From the NCBI GenBank assembly GCA_965205505.1, contig CBDBHB010000008.1, positions 224,001-288,000 on the forward strand: a DNA stretch of 64,000 bases. Direction: 5' to 3'. Positions 19,975-29,179 of this stretch are shown here, piece after piece. Position 1 is the first letter of the stretch; each line of letters starts with the position of its first letter. The notes below the pieces were generated by a model. The model was not told the origin of the DNA. It did no database searches and saw only the letters and a list, made by a program, of their open reading frames with translations. A program made the position numbers and the translations under genes. The stretch comes from Acidobacteriota bacterium. Its GTDB lineage: Bacteria > Acidobacteriota > UBA890 > WLXD01.

Positions 19975-20901
19975 TCAATCCACCGGCGGCACTCGCAGCG
20001 TCAACGCCCCTGGCAGTATGGAAAAGTGCCCCGGCAGGCGCCCCTGCACCTCGCCGTCGGTCTCGACCAGAGCATCGCCCTGGAGCGTGAAGCGCCGCCC
20101 GCGCACCACGCGGATGGCCGGATCCACCAGGCTGCCACCGCGCAGCGCCTTGACGAGCAAGCCCGGGATCCTGGACACGTGTATGGCATCGATCAGCGCC
20201 ATATGTAGCAACCCATCGTCGTGCCGAGCCTGCGGACAGGGGCGCATCCCGCCCCCGAACGAGGGTCCGTTGCAGATCGACACGTTGAGGAGGACGGCGC
20301 GACCCGAGCCCACATCACCATCCCAGACAAACTCGGTGCGCGCGCCGCGCACGACAGCAGGAACGGCTGCCAGCAAGTAGGCTGCTGCCCCGAGCCGACG
20401 CAAGGTTGTCGAGCCGCTCACCCGCTCGGTCACTACCGAGCCCAGCCCTGCATTGGCATCGTTGATGAAGTAGATACTCGTTCGTCGCTCCCCCTCCCCG
20501 CCCGACGATAATTCCGCCACTCCCACGTCCAGCGAGAGGCGTTGGTAGCGAGACAGGGGGACCTCGAGCGCAACTTCTGCCGCGGCGAGAGGGAGAGACC
20601 GGGCCAGGTCACAGCCGGTACCGAGCGGCAGACACAGTAGGTCCGGGAGGCCGTTCGTACCTGCTTTCATCAGTCCGTTCACAGTCTCGTGCAGTGTACC
20701 GTCGCCGCCAGCGACGACCACAAGCTCAGCCCCGTCGCGTCGCGCCTGTTCTGCAAGCGTCACCGCATGCCCCCTGCTGGAGGTCCACCGTACTTGGCAG
20801 CCTGGTGCCCACTTGTTCAGGCGCGGCCGCAGCCGTTCGAACGCACCACGTGCCGCACCACCCCCAGCGGCGGGGTTGGCGATCACCACTACCGATGACA
20901 T
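19975..20901 (-). CDS. Diacylglycerol kinase family lipid kinase
   Basis: NPAAGGG, GGDGTLHE, LPLGTG, DGE motifs. Confidence 0.9.
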   Translation of the reverse strand: MSSVVVIANPAAGGGAARGAFERLRPRLNKWAPGCQVRWTSSRGHAVTLAEQARRDGAELVVVAGGDGTLHETVNGLMKAGTNGLPDLLCLPLGTGCDLARSLPLAAAEVALEVPLSRYQRLSLDVGVAELSSGGEGERRTSIYFINDANAGLGSVVTERVSGSTTLRRLGAAAYLLAAVPAVVRGARTEFVWDGDVGSGRAVLLNVSICNGPSFGGGMRPCPQARHDDGLLHMALIDAIHVSRIPGLLVKALRGGSLVDPAIRVVRGRRFTLQGDALVETDGEVQGRLPGHFSILPGALTLRVPPVD

Positions 20902-21069
20902 GTCAGCATCACCCGACTCCGCCGGCTGGCGGTTTCTTGACAGCTTTTCGGCACCGGCCTATCGTAGCCGCGCTTTGCAGCGGGGACGAAGGAATATCGA
21001 GGGTAGGAGCATCGCTCGATCAGTCCGCAGAACCCGTCCGCCCGACGATCCGCGACGCACTGGGATGAC

Positions 21070-21807
21070 ATGATCAGCGAGGGACTCGGACGCGGCGGGA
21101 CGGCGCTCAAGCGCGCCATCGCAGCGGTTATCGGGGGGTTCGGAATCCCCCCGAACGTTCTTACGCTCTCGTCGCTGATCCCGATGATGATCGCTGCGTG
21201 GAACCTCGCGCAGGGTCGGCCATTCGCTGCTGCCGGGTGGATTGTTCTCGGGGGCGCGCTAGACCTCATCGACGGGGCCGTGGCGCGCGCCTCCGGCACG
21301 GCGACCGAGTTCGGTGCCGTGCTCGACTCAGTGGTAGATCGAGCCTCGGACACGCTCGTTCACATCGGCGTCGTGTATCACTTCCACACGCTGGGCGAGC
21401 CGCTCTACGTCGTGCTCAGCGCTGTATCGTTGGGCGGCTCCCTGGGCGTCTCCTATACGCGTGCGCGGGCCGAGAACGTGATCCCGGAGTGCCGGGTCGG
21501 GTTCACCGAGCGCGGCGAGCGGCTCGTGCTCTTGATGCTCGGGCTGTTCGCGGGGCGGCTCGCGCAGGCCGTGACGCTGCTCGCCTTCCTGGCGTGGCTG
21601 ACCACTGTGCAGCGCTTGCTGCACGCGTATCGCATTCTGCGGCGGCGGCAATACGGTGCCGACGACGGTGCGCAACTGCCGCAAGGGCTCGAAGCGTGGG
21701 GAACCGTGGGGCGCTGGGTGTTCCTGAACTGGCCGCGCGGATCGTGGCAATACGACCTGGTCTGCACCGCGATCATCGTTGCGTTGCTCATGCTGCCGGG
21801 CATCTAG
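21070..21807 (+). CDS. CDP-alcohol phosphatidyltransferase
   Basis: PNVLT, DLIDGAVAR..FGAVLDSVVDRASD, SYTRARAE. Confidence 0.92.
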   Translation: MISEGLGRGGTALKRAIAAVIGGFGIPPNVLTLSSLIPMMIAAWNLAQGRPFAAAGWIVLGGALDLIDGAVARASGTATEFGAVLDSVVDRASDTLVHIGVVYHFHTLGEPLYVVLSAVSLGGSLGVSYTRARAENVIPECRVGFTERGERLVLLMLGLFAGRLAQAVTLLAFLAWLTTVQRLLHAYRILRRRQYGADDGAQLPQGLEAWGTVGRWVFLNWPRGSWQYDLVCTAIIVALLMLPGI

Positions 21808-22635
21808 CAGGCCGTGGTGGAAGCGTGGCGGGCCTGCTAGTCGGAATGCCTCCCGATCGACCGAGGGCTCGAGCTCCACGGAGCCGATAGTTATGTCGAG
21901 TACCGCACGGCGCTGCGGCCAACTCAGCTGCAAGTGCCCGCTGGGTGGACCCCGGCGCGGATCCCATCCCTCGTATGTGGTGATCACACGTAGCGACCCG
22001 GCATCGTCGAACCGCTCGATGCGTCGGATCTCCTGGGAAGAGGGATCGAAGACGATGCGTCGAAGCAGGCGCGCAGGGTCGGCCGCCATCAACATCAGCG
22101 CCACCTCGCCTGGCCGTCGCTCGAGGACCAGCAACGCTGCGGCCCCGGTAACCACTGGCACGACTTGTGGCAGCAGCGCATCGGCGATGTCAAGCGGGGC
22201 GAGCACAAGATGCGGCCGCGATCGACCGCTGGAAGGCAGGCCGAGCGCGTCGTGCACCTCGGGCTCGGCAGCGCTCCCGAGTCGGAGCTCCAGCATGCGA
22301 CCGTCGCTGGCCATCTCGACGTCGCCCCCCGGCCCCGTCAGGCGAGCGGCGAACGCGCCGCTTCGCGCCACCAGCAGCGTCCCCTCGAGGCTGACGCAAC
22401 GATCTCGATGACAGGCGCCGATCATCGCTTGGAGCCGTACTAGGCGGGCGCGAAAGCTGCTGGCGATCTCCGCCAGCTCCTCTGCAGTCGACTCAGCGAA
22501 TGGCGCTACGACCGATGGCGCTATCGTTGTCGGCGACGACGCATTGCCTCCACAGGCGGCCACGCCGACGACCATGAGCAACGATGTGATTCGCCGCGCC
22601 TGCAGGAGCCACCCTGGCGACTGCTTTGCTGACAT
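21328..22635 (-). CDS. Putative lipoprotein (LolA/LolB-like beta fold guess); credible domain ends near 21840, ORF reads on antisense to the neighbour
   Basis: Hydrophobic stretch plus VAAC lipobox; ATG overlaps the upstream stop. Confidence 0.55.
   Translation of the reverse strand: MSAKQSPGWLLQARRITSLLMVVGVAACGGNASSPTTIAPSVVAPFAESTAEELAEIASSFRARLVRLQAMIGACHRDRCVSLEGTLLVARSGAFAARLTGPGGDVEMASDGRMLELRLGSAAEPEVHDALGLPSSGRSRPHLVLAPLDIADALLPQVVPVVTGAAALLVLERRPGEVALMLMAADPARLLRRIVFDPSSQEIRRIERFDDAGSLRVITTYEGWDPRRGPPSGHLQLSWPQRRAVLDITIGSVELEPSVDREAFRLAGPPRFHHGLLDARQHEQRNDDRGADQVVLPRSARPVQEHPAPHGSPRFEPLRQLRTVVGTVLPPPQNAIRVQQALHSGQPRQEGEQRHGLREPPREQPEHQEHEPLAALGEPDPALRDHVLGPRTRIGDAQGAAQRYSAEHDVERLAQRVEVIHDADVNERVRGSIYH
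21804..21840. repeat. Collapsed MITE-B remnant (37 bp)
   Basis: CTAGCAGGCCGTGGTGGAAGCGTGGCGGGCCTGCTAG; both ends retained. Confidence 0.82.
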
Positions 22636-23627
22636 TAGTAACGCCGGCGAACAACAAAATCCGGTAGCTCTGCCAACGCGTCGCGCGCTTCGCTCGGGGG
22701 CAACACGGCCAAAGCTGTGCGCGCCTGCTCGGCGTAGCGCTGCGCCGCCTGCAGCGTTGCGTCCAGGCTGCCGGCCGCTCGCATTCCGTCGACCACCTCG
22801 CCGAACCCTTGCGCCGCGCGGTCGGCGTCGCCGAGACACGATACGGCCAGTCTACGCACCGATTCGTCGCCCTCGCGCAGCAAATGAATGAGAGGGAACG
22901 TCATCTTACCTTCGCGTAGATCCGTACCAGGGTCTTTGCCGAGATGGGCCGCGTCGGCATCATAGTCGAGCAAGTCATCAATGAGCTGGAACGCGAGACC
23001 CACGTCGTGCCCGTAACCGGCGAGCGCCGCTTCCTGCTCCGGTGATGTATCCGCGAGCACCGCCGCCGCTTGGGCACAACCGGCGAAGAGCGACGCCGTC
23101 TTGCGATCGATGATGTCCATGTAGGTGTCCATATCGAGCTCGGCGTGCCCGTTGTGGATCACGTCTAGCATCTCGCCTTCGACCAGGCGTGAGGTCGCAT
23201 CGGTGAGCACCTCCACCAGGCGGAGCTTGCCGAGCGCCACACTCATGGCAAGCGATTTGGCGTACAAATAGTCGCCGAACAGAACGGCGAGCCGATTGCC
23301 CCAAACGCGATTGGCGGGTTCCTGTCCGCGCCTCACCTTGGCGCCGTCGACGATGTCGTCGTGAACCAGCGACGCCGTATGGATGCACTCGACAATAACC
23401 CCCAGGTCGACGTCACCGGTGCCTTGGTAACCACACGCCCGGGCGCAGAGCGCCACCAGCGCCGGGCGCACTCGCTTGCCACCGTTGTCTAGCAGGTAGG
23501 CGGCAATCTCGCGCACAAACGGGATGTCGGAGTCGCGCAGAGCCGCGATCTCACGCTCGACGAGCTCCAGCCGGTCTTTCGCAAGGTGGAAGGCGGCGAT
23601 CTGGGTAACAGGGTGGCCGTCGCGCAT
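22635..23627 (-). CDS. Polyprenyl diphosphate synthase
   Basis: GGKRVRP, HDDIVD..RRG, KTA, FQLIDDLLD. Confidence 0.95.
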   Translation of the reverse strand: MRDGHPVTQIAAFHLAKDRLELVEREIAALRDSDIPFVREIAAYLLDNGGKRVRPALVALCARACGYQGTGDVDLGVIVECIHTASLVHDDIVDGAKVRRGQEPANRVWGNRLAVLFGDYLYAKSLAMSVALGKLRLVEVLTDATSRLVEGEMLDVIHNGHAELDMDTYMDIIDRKTASLFAGCAQAAAVLADTSPEQEAALAGYGHDVGLAFQLIDDLLDYDADAAHLGKDPGTDLREGKMTFPLIHLLREGDESVRRLAVSCLGDADRAAQGFGEVVDGMRAAGSLDATLQAAQRYAEQARTALAVLPPSEARDALAELPDFVVRRRY

Positions 23628-23646
23628 TTCTTAGCGTGCTGGTGGC

Positions 23647-24354
23647 TCAGCTGCCGAGTTGCTCGACCTCGACATCCGCAGGAACCGTGAACTGAAACAG
23701 TTCTTCTGCCAATCCCAGGTCGGTCTCAACCTCGAGGAACAGGAACTCCGATGATTCGCCGAGAAGGCCGAACGATACCAGTCGAGCGATCATCGCGGTG
23801 TCCGGGTCAACCTCGAGGATCAGATGGGTGTACGAGGCATCCTCGGTCAGTGGATCCAACCGCAACTGAACGTTGCCGGGGGCCAGCTTCTCCTCCCACT
23901 CGGTGCCCGCCACCAGGAAGTCGCTGCCGAAGTCGCCCCCGCCGGTCAGATACAGCATGGGCGTCTGACTCGATGCCACCGAATCCTGGGCACGGATCTG
24001 CACCTGCCGGTCCTCGGGGAGGTACCAATAGAGGGCCTCCCCATCGGCGACAAGAACGCGCCCGCTGACATCATATTCAACTCGTATCCTCCCCGGCGGG
24101 CGCGCAAACCACACCCCTGACGCTTCGCGAGCCGGCATTCCGGGCCTTGCAATGCTGCGCTGCCGAAATCGAGCGCGGAGATCCTGCAGCGCTCGATAGC
24201 GCTCCTGTACCCGGCGTAGCAGAACATCGAGCGGCAGCTCGGAGCGTTCCTGGATTGCCAAGCGAGTGGGGCCGCTCGGTGCGGCGACCACCGGCTGAGC
24301 AGCACCAGCGAGCGCCGCGATCACGGCCATCATCAGCAGCTCTCTCCCAGGCAT
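23647..24354 (-). CDS. lolA: Outer-membrane lipoprotein carrier LolA family
   Basis: Signal peptide, ARFRQ, RPPGRIRVEY, LVADG, FQFTVP. Confidence 0.82.
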   Translation of the reverse strand: MPGRELLMMAVIAALAGAAQPVVAAPSGPTRLAIQERSELPLDVLLRRVQERYRALQDLRARFRQRSIARPGMPAREASGVWFARPPGRIRVEYDVSGRVLVADGEALYWYLPEDRQVQIRAQDSVASSQTPMLYLTGGGDFGSDFLVAGTEWEEKLAPGNVQLRLDPLTEDASYTHLILEVDPDTAMIARLVSFGLLGESSEFLFLEVETDLGLAEELFQFTVPADVEVEQLGS

Positions 24355-24570
24355 CGGCGATCTCACTGGCCCCTCCAATCTACCCGCAGCCAGGACATCC
24401 GTCGCAGGCTGCGGAAGAACGTGTCCAGTCTCCCCTGCTGCTATCATAGCGTGACACGTTGGCGGGTTTTGGGCCTCCCTTTTTGGTGGCTGGCCCTGCC
24501 TGTTCTTGTTGTCGGCGGCTTTGTTGTCGGCGGCCCTAGTCCACGCCACTTCTCGCTGCGAGCCTCGCTG

Positions 24571-25314
24571 ATGGCGATCCGTCTGCTCATTCTGGATATC
24601 CTCGACCCACGCGGTCAGATCGGATTGTCGGTCGCGGCGCGGGCCGCTGCCGACGCGGGAGCCGACGAGATTCTGCCAATCACCACCGGGGCAATCGAAC
24701 GATCGGCAGACGGCTCGGTGCATGTGCGTCCGACGCTCGCGCGAGGCCTGCGGCGAATGCTGCATGGAGCATTTCAACGTCGCGTAGACGGCATGTTGAT
24801 CGGACTGTTACCCAGCTATTGGCAGGCCCGGGCGGTTTCGAAGAACCTGGCGCAGGCACTACCGGAAACCCTGGTCTACGCCCCCGACGCGACCTCAGCT
24901 GGAGGCCTCGGCCAGATGCTCAGTGCAACGAACCGCAAGGCACAGGTGGCCACTATTCTGCCCGAGACGACGGTAGCCCTGCTGCCGGCGCTGGAGATTA
25001 GCTCCTTGCTCGGCCTACCCGATACCGATGACCAGGCAGCGCTGGCGCAGCGGCTACTCGACGCCGGAGCCTACGCAGCCTGGGTGCGCGGCAACCTGGA
25101 CGGAGCGCGTGCGGTGGACTTCGTCGCCTACGGAGAGCGCACGGCAGTGCTGGATTACCCTCAACCTGTGGGTCCTGCTGCAGCCGCCACTGCGTCGGGG
25201 GCGCTCGCGGCCCTGCTGGCGCGAGGGTGCTCGCTCGAGGAATCCGTCGATCGCGCGCACCGTCGCGCCGCCCATGTAGATGGGAGCCTGCACGCCCCAG
25301 CGGTACGAGGCTGA
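24571..25314 (+). CDS. Divergent ThiD/PfkB-like (hydroxymethylpyrimidine kinase-like) protein
   Basis: ILDILDPRGQIG resembles IAGSDSGGGAG; C-terminal ASGALAALLARGCSLEESV; catalytic motifs degenerate. Confidence 0.55.
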   Translation: MAIRLLILDILDPRGQIGLSVAARAAADAGADEILPITTGAIERSADGSVHVRPTLARGLRRMLHGAFQRRVDGMLIGLLPSYWQARAVSKNLAQALPETLVYAPDATSAGGLGQMLSATNRKAQVATILPETTVALLPALEISSLLGLPDTDDQAALAQRLLDAGAYAAWVRGNLDGARAVDFVAYGERTAVLDYPQPVGPAAAATASGALAALLARGCSLEESVDRAHRRAAHVDGSLHAPAVRG

Positions 25315-25323
25315 GGCGCGCGA

Positions 25324-26922
25324 TCAGTCGATCTCGCAGGCGCGCTCGGCGAAACTGCGGACCTGTTTGGAGTCGATGCGGGGAAACAGCATCTCGCCCC
25401 TGTGAACCCCGGCGCCCGAGCCGACCTTAAGCAGCCGCTCTGCGCCCTCGTAGCAAAACTCGTCGAGCCTACTGGTCTCGCCTAGCGATGCCCAGAGCTG
25501 CTGCATCTTGCCGGGCATTACCGGTGCCAGGAGCACGGCGATGCTCTTCACGACGCTGCCACACGCTGCCATCACTGCGTCGTACGCGACGCCCGCCTCC
25601 GGGTCGGTTTCTCTGTTCTTGCGCAACTGCCACGGCTCGGCGTCCTGGATCATCTTGTTGCAGGCGCCAACGGATCCCCAGAGCGTGCGCAAAGCGGCTG
25701 CGAACCCGAACTCGCTGAGCTGCGCTTCGTATACCGGCACCATCTCCTCGAACCCACGGAACAACTCGGCGGTGGCAGCGGTGTGCTGTATATCGACGGC
25801 GAATGCGCCCCCGTCGCGCTCCACCAGGTTGAGCACACGCGAGGCGAGATTGCCGAGATCGTTAGCGAGATCCGAGTTGATCCGTTCCACGAGCACCGCG
25901 GCAGCGAAATCGCCGTCCTGGCCGAAGGGCATCTGACGGAGCAAGTAGTAGCGCAGCGGATCGGCACCGAACTCGTCGATGAGCCGGTTCGGATCGATGA
26001 CGTTGCCGAAGCTCTTGGACATCTTCCGTCCTTCGACAGTCCACCAGCCGTGAGCAAAGATATTGCGCGGCAGCGGCAGATCCAGTGCCATTAGCAGTGT
26101 CGTCCAGTAGACGGAATGCGTCGTCAAGATATCCTTGCCGATGAGGTGGTAATCGGCCGGCCAGAAGGGCCCGTACCTGGGGTCGGCGGGCGTGCCCGGA
26201 TTGAGATAGCGCAACCCCGTGCAGTAGTTCAACAGCGCGTCGACCCAGACGTAGCAGACGTGCTCGGTGTCGAAAGGGAGCTCGACGCCCCAGGCCAGCC
26301 GCGACTTCGGCCGGGAAATCGACAGATCACCCAGCGCCTGACGCAAGAACCCCAGAACCTCGTTCCTTCGTGTCGGCGGGTGGATTTGCAGAGAGCCGCT
26401 CTCGATCGCCTCGACGAGCTTGTCCTGGTACGCGCCCATGCGGAAGAAGTAGTTCGATTCGCGCACGAACTCGACTCTTCCGTCTTCTTTGAGCCGCTCT
26501 ATCTCGTCCGTGTCGGTGACAAACATCTCCTGTGAAACGTCGTACCAGCCCTCGTAATCCTGCTCGTATATCTGCCCGTCATCGTAGAGTTGCTGCAGGG
26601 CACCGCGTACCTGCTCCTTGTGCTCGGCATCGGTCGTCCGTATGAAGGCGTCGTGCGAGATTCCGAGCCGCTCCCAAAGCTGCCTGAAGTTGCGATGCAG
26701 CTCGTCGCAATGCTCCTGCTCGGACACGCCCCGACTTGCGGCCGCCCGGGCCACTTTCTGGCCGTGCTCGTCCGTGCCGGTGAGAAAGAACACCTCGACG
26801 CCCCGCTGGCGCATGAACCGCGCCATCGCGTCAGCCGCGACAGTGGTATACGCATGCCCGAGATGCGGTACGTCGTTGACGTAGTAGATCGGCGTCGTCA
26901 GGTAGAAACGCTGCGTGCCCAC
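25324..26922 (-). CDS. metG: Methionine--tRNA ligase (short form)
   Basis: TTPIYYVN..HLGHAY, GTDEHG, YVWVDAL, KMSKS. Confidence 0.97.
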   Translation of the reverse strand: MGTQRFYLTTPIYYVNDVPHLGHAYTTVAADAMARFMRQRGVEVFFLTGTDEHGQKVARAAASRGVSEQEHCDELHRNFRQLWERLGISHDAFIRTTDAEHKEQVRGALQQLYDDGQIYEQDYEGWYDVSQEMFVTDTDEIERLKEDGRVEFVRESNYFFRMGAYQDKLVEAIESGSLQIHPPTRRNEVLGFLRQALGDLSISRPKSRLAWGVELPFDTEHVCYVWVDALLNYCTGLRYLNPGTPADPRYGPFWPADYHLIGKDILTTHSVYWTTLLMALDLPLPRNIFAHGWWTVEGRKMSKSFGNVIDPNRLIDEFGADPLRYYLLRQMPFGQDGDFAAAVLVERINSDLANDLGNLASRVLNLVERDGGAFAVDIQHTAATAELFRGFEEMVPVYEAQLSEFGFAAALRTLWGSVGACNKMIQDAEPWQLRKNRETDPEAGVAYDAVMAACGSVVKSIAVLLAPVMPGKMQQLWASLGETSRLDEFCYEGAERLLKVGSGAGVHRGEMLFPRIDSKQVRSFAERACEID

Positions 26923-26996
26923 TCGATACTCCAGGCCGAAGTGCCGGTCGCGCCGACGTCCCACCGCGTCGCCCACGCGCGGGCGGTGGTGGCAGT

Positions 26997-27713
26997 CTAC
27001 CGCCTCGTCGCCGCCGGCGGCTCCACGCTCTTGTCGTCGTAGCCACAGAGGTCTTCGATTCCGCAGCGCCAGCACTCGGGCCGTCGCGCGTGGCAGACCT
27101 GGCGGCCGTGCCGAATGACGTTCACGTGCAAGGGAAAGGCCGCCCCCGGCGGGACCGCGGCCTGCAGCTCGTCGTTCGCCCGCCCAAGATCACGCTGCCG
27201 GTGAATGCCCAGCCGGTGAAGCACGCGGTACACGTGCGTATCCACGGGAAACGCCTCGAGCCGGAGCGAGAACAACAGGATGCAGTTGACGCTCTTTGCA
27301 CCCAGCCCCTTGATGTCGCTGAGCTCGTCGCGGGCCGCAGCCAGGTCCATCTCGCCCAGGTGGTCGAGGTCGTACGAACCTCGTTGCTCGTACACTCGAG
27401 ACAGGATCTCCTGAATCCGCCGCGCCTTCACGCGCTGCAGCCCGCCCGGCTGCAACGCTTGTTCGAGATGCTCAGGCAGAGCAGCCGCGACACTTTGCCA
27501 GTCCGGGTAGCGCTGGCGTAGCCGCCCCCAGGCGCGGTCACGGTTCCTATCGGTGGTGTTCTGCGACAGGATCGTCAGTACTAGTTCGTCGAGCGGCGGC
27601 AGCGCCCGCACCGGTTTCGGTTCGCCGTGTAGCTCCAGCAACCTGTCATGCAGCACGCCAAGCGCGCGGCGTTGCGTCGCAAGCGCTCGCGAACGCGGAC
27701 GCTTACCCGCCAC
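26997..27713 (-). CDS. Endonuclease III family HhH-GPD glycosylase
   Basis: ILSQNT, KGLGAKS, VDTHV, C-x6-C-x2-C-x5-C Fe-S motif. Confidence 0.92.
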   Translation of the reverse strand: MAGKRPRSRALATQRRALGVLHDRLLELHGEPKPVRALPPLDELVLTILSQNTTDRNRDRAWGRLRQRYPDWQSVAAALPEHLEQALQPGGLQRVKARRIQEILSRVYEQRGSYDLDHLGEMDLAAARDELSDIKGLGAKSVNCILLFSLRLEAFPVDTHVYRVLHRLGIHRQRDLGRANDELQAAVPPGAAFPLHVNVIRHGRQVCHARRPECWRCGIEDLCGYDDKSVEPPAATRR

Positions 27714-27719
27714 GACCGG

Positions 27720-29108
27720 CTAGCCGCCGAAGCGCTCGCCGAGATACGCCGGCAGGGCGTCCAGGCCGATGCGCTCCTGTTCCGTGGTATCGCGATGACG
27801 TACCGTCGCCGCGTTGTCCTCGAGGGTGTCGAAGTCGACCGTGACACAGAACGGTGTGCCCACCTCGTCCTCACGTCGATACCGCTTGCCGATGCTCCCG
27901 GCGCCATCGTAGAGCACCCCAAAGCTGCCGCGCAGCGTATCCGCAAGCTTCCTCGCTGGCTCTGCCAGCTTCTTCACCAGAGGAAAAACCGATACCTGAC
28001 GTGGCGCCACATGCGGCGCCAACCGCAACACGGTGCGTTGCTGGCCTCCGATCTCATCAACGTCGAAGGCATCGGCCAGCACGGTGAGCACCGTGCGGTC
28101 GAGACCTGCCGAGGTCTCGACTACCGACGGTACGTACTTCTCGTTGCGCACAGGATCGAAATAGCTCTGGTCCTTGCCCGAGTGCTCGGCATGCTGACTC
28201 AGGTCAAAACAGCCGCGATTGGCGATCCCCTCGAGCTCAGCCCATCCGAACGGGAATTTGTACTCCACATCAGTCGTATAGCTGGCGTAGTGGGCGAGCT
28301 CGTCGGGCTCGTGTTCACGCAGTCGTAGTCGGTCCGACTGGATCCCGAGCTCCGCGTACCACCGATAGCGCTGCTCGACCCAATAGTCGAACCACTGGCG
28401 CTCGTCTTCTGCGTGAACGAAGAACTCCATTTCCATCTGCTCAAACTCGCGTGAGCGGAAGGTGAAGTTACGCGGTGTGACTTCGTTGCGGAACGCCTTC
28501 CCGACCTGCGCAATCCCGAACGGCACCTTCATGCGCGTCGAAAGTTGAACGTTGCGAAAGTTCACGAAAATAGCCTGGGCGGTCTCCGGGCGAAGGTAGG
28601 CTACCGACTTCGAGTCTTCGGCGGCGCCTACGCGCGTCTCGAACATCAGGCCGAACTGACGGGGCAGCGTCAGCTCACCAGCGCAGGCTGGGCAGCGGCT
28701 CGGAATCGAGCCGTCCGTGGGCGGCAGGTCGCCCTCATGACCGGGGAAGATCTTGCCGAGATCGCCCGAGTCGACTGCTCTTTGAACGAGGTGGTCGAGC
28801 CGAAACCGGCGCTTGCACTCCTTGCAATCGACCATCATGTCGTAGAAGGACTCCACGTGCCCGGATGCCTGCCAGACGCGCGGATGCATGATGATCGACG
28901 CGTCGAAGCCGACGACGTCGTCGCGCTGCACTACCAGGCGGCTCCACCAGAGATCGAGCACTCTGCGCCGGAGCTCGACGCCGAGCGGACCGTAATCCCA
29001 GAATCCGTTCAGGCCGCCGTAGATTTCGCTGCTCTGGAAGATGAACCCCCGGCGCTTACACAGCGAAACGAGAGGATCGAGATTCGGCAGTCCGCTTGCG
29101 TCGGTCAT
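27720..29108 (-). CDS. glyQS: Glycine--tRNA ligase (alpha2 type)
   Basis: KRRGF..SEIYGG, LRPETAQ, FRNEVTP, REFEQME, ELEGIA. Confidence 0.97.
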   Translation of the reverse strand: MTDASGLPNLDPLVSLCKRRGFIFQSSEIYGGLNGFWDYGPLGVELRRRVLDLWWSRLVVQRDDVVGFDASIIMHPRVWQASGHVESFYDMMVDCKECKRRFRLDHLVQRAVDSGDLGKIFPGHEGDLPPTDGSIPSRCPACAGELTLPRQFGLMFETRVGAAEDSKSVAYLRPETAQAIFVNFRNVQLSTRMKVPFGIAQVGKAFRNEVTPRNFTFRSREFEQMEMEFFVHAEDERQWFDYWVEQRYRWYAELGIQSDRLRLREHEPDELAHYASYTTDVEYKFPFGWAELEGIANRGCFDLSQHAEHSGKDQSYFDPVRNEKYVPSVVETSAGLDRTVLTVLADAFDVDEIGGQQRTVLRLAPHVAPRQVSVFPLVKKLAEPARKLADTLRGSFGVLYDGAGSIGKRYRREDEVGTPFCVTVDFDTLEDNAATVRHRDTTEQERIGLDALPAYLGERFGG

Positions 29109-29179
29109 GGCGATCTTCTTGGCTACGGCCTCAGATGGGCACGGCGCGTTGAGGTCACGTGCTCGGCGCCAGTCGAGTG

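Noticed and set aside
24506-24534. Tandem duplication TTGTTGTCGGCGGC x2 between lolA and the thiD-like gene
   Set aside because: Only two units; could be an operator or slippage, nothing further supports a function
24355-24570. Possible TPP riboswitch upstream of the thiD-like gene
   Set aside because: No GCUGAGA or other TPP core motifs found
26460-26560. MetG connective peptide lacking zinc cysteines
   Set aside because: Zinc-free single-knuckle MetRS variants are already described
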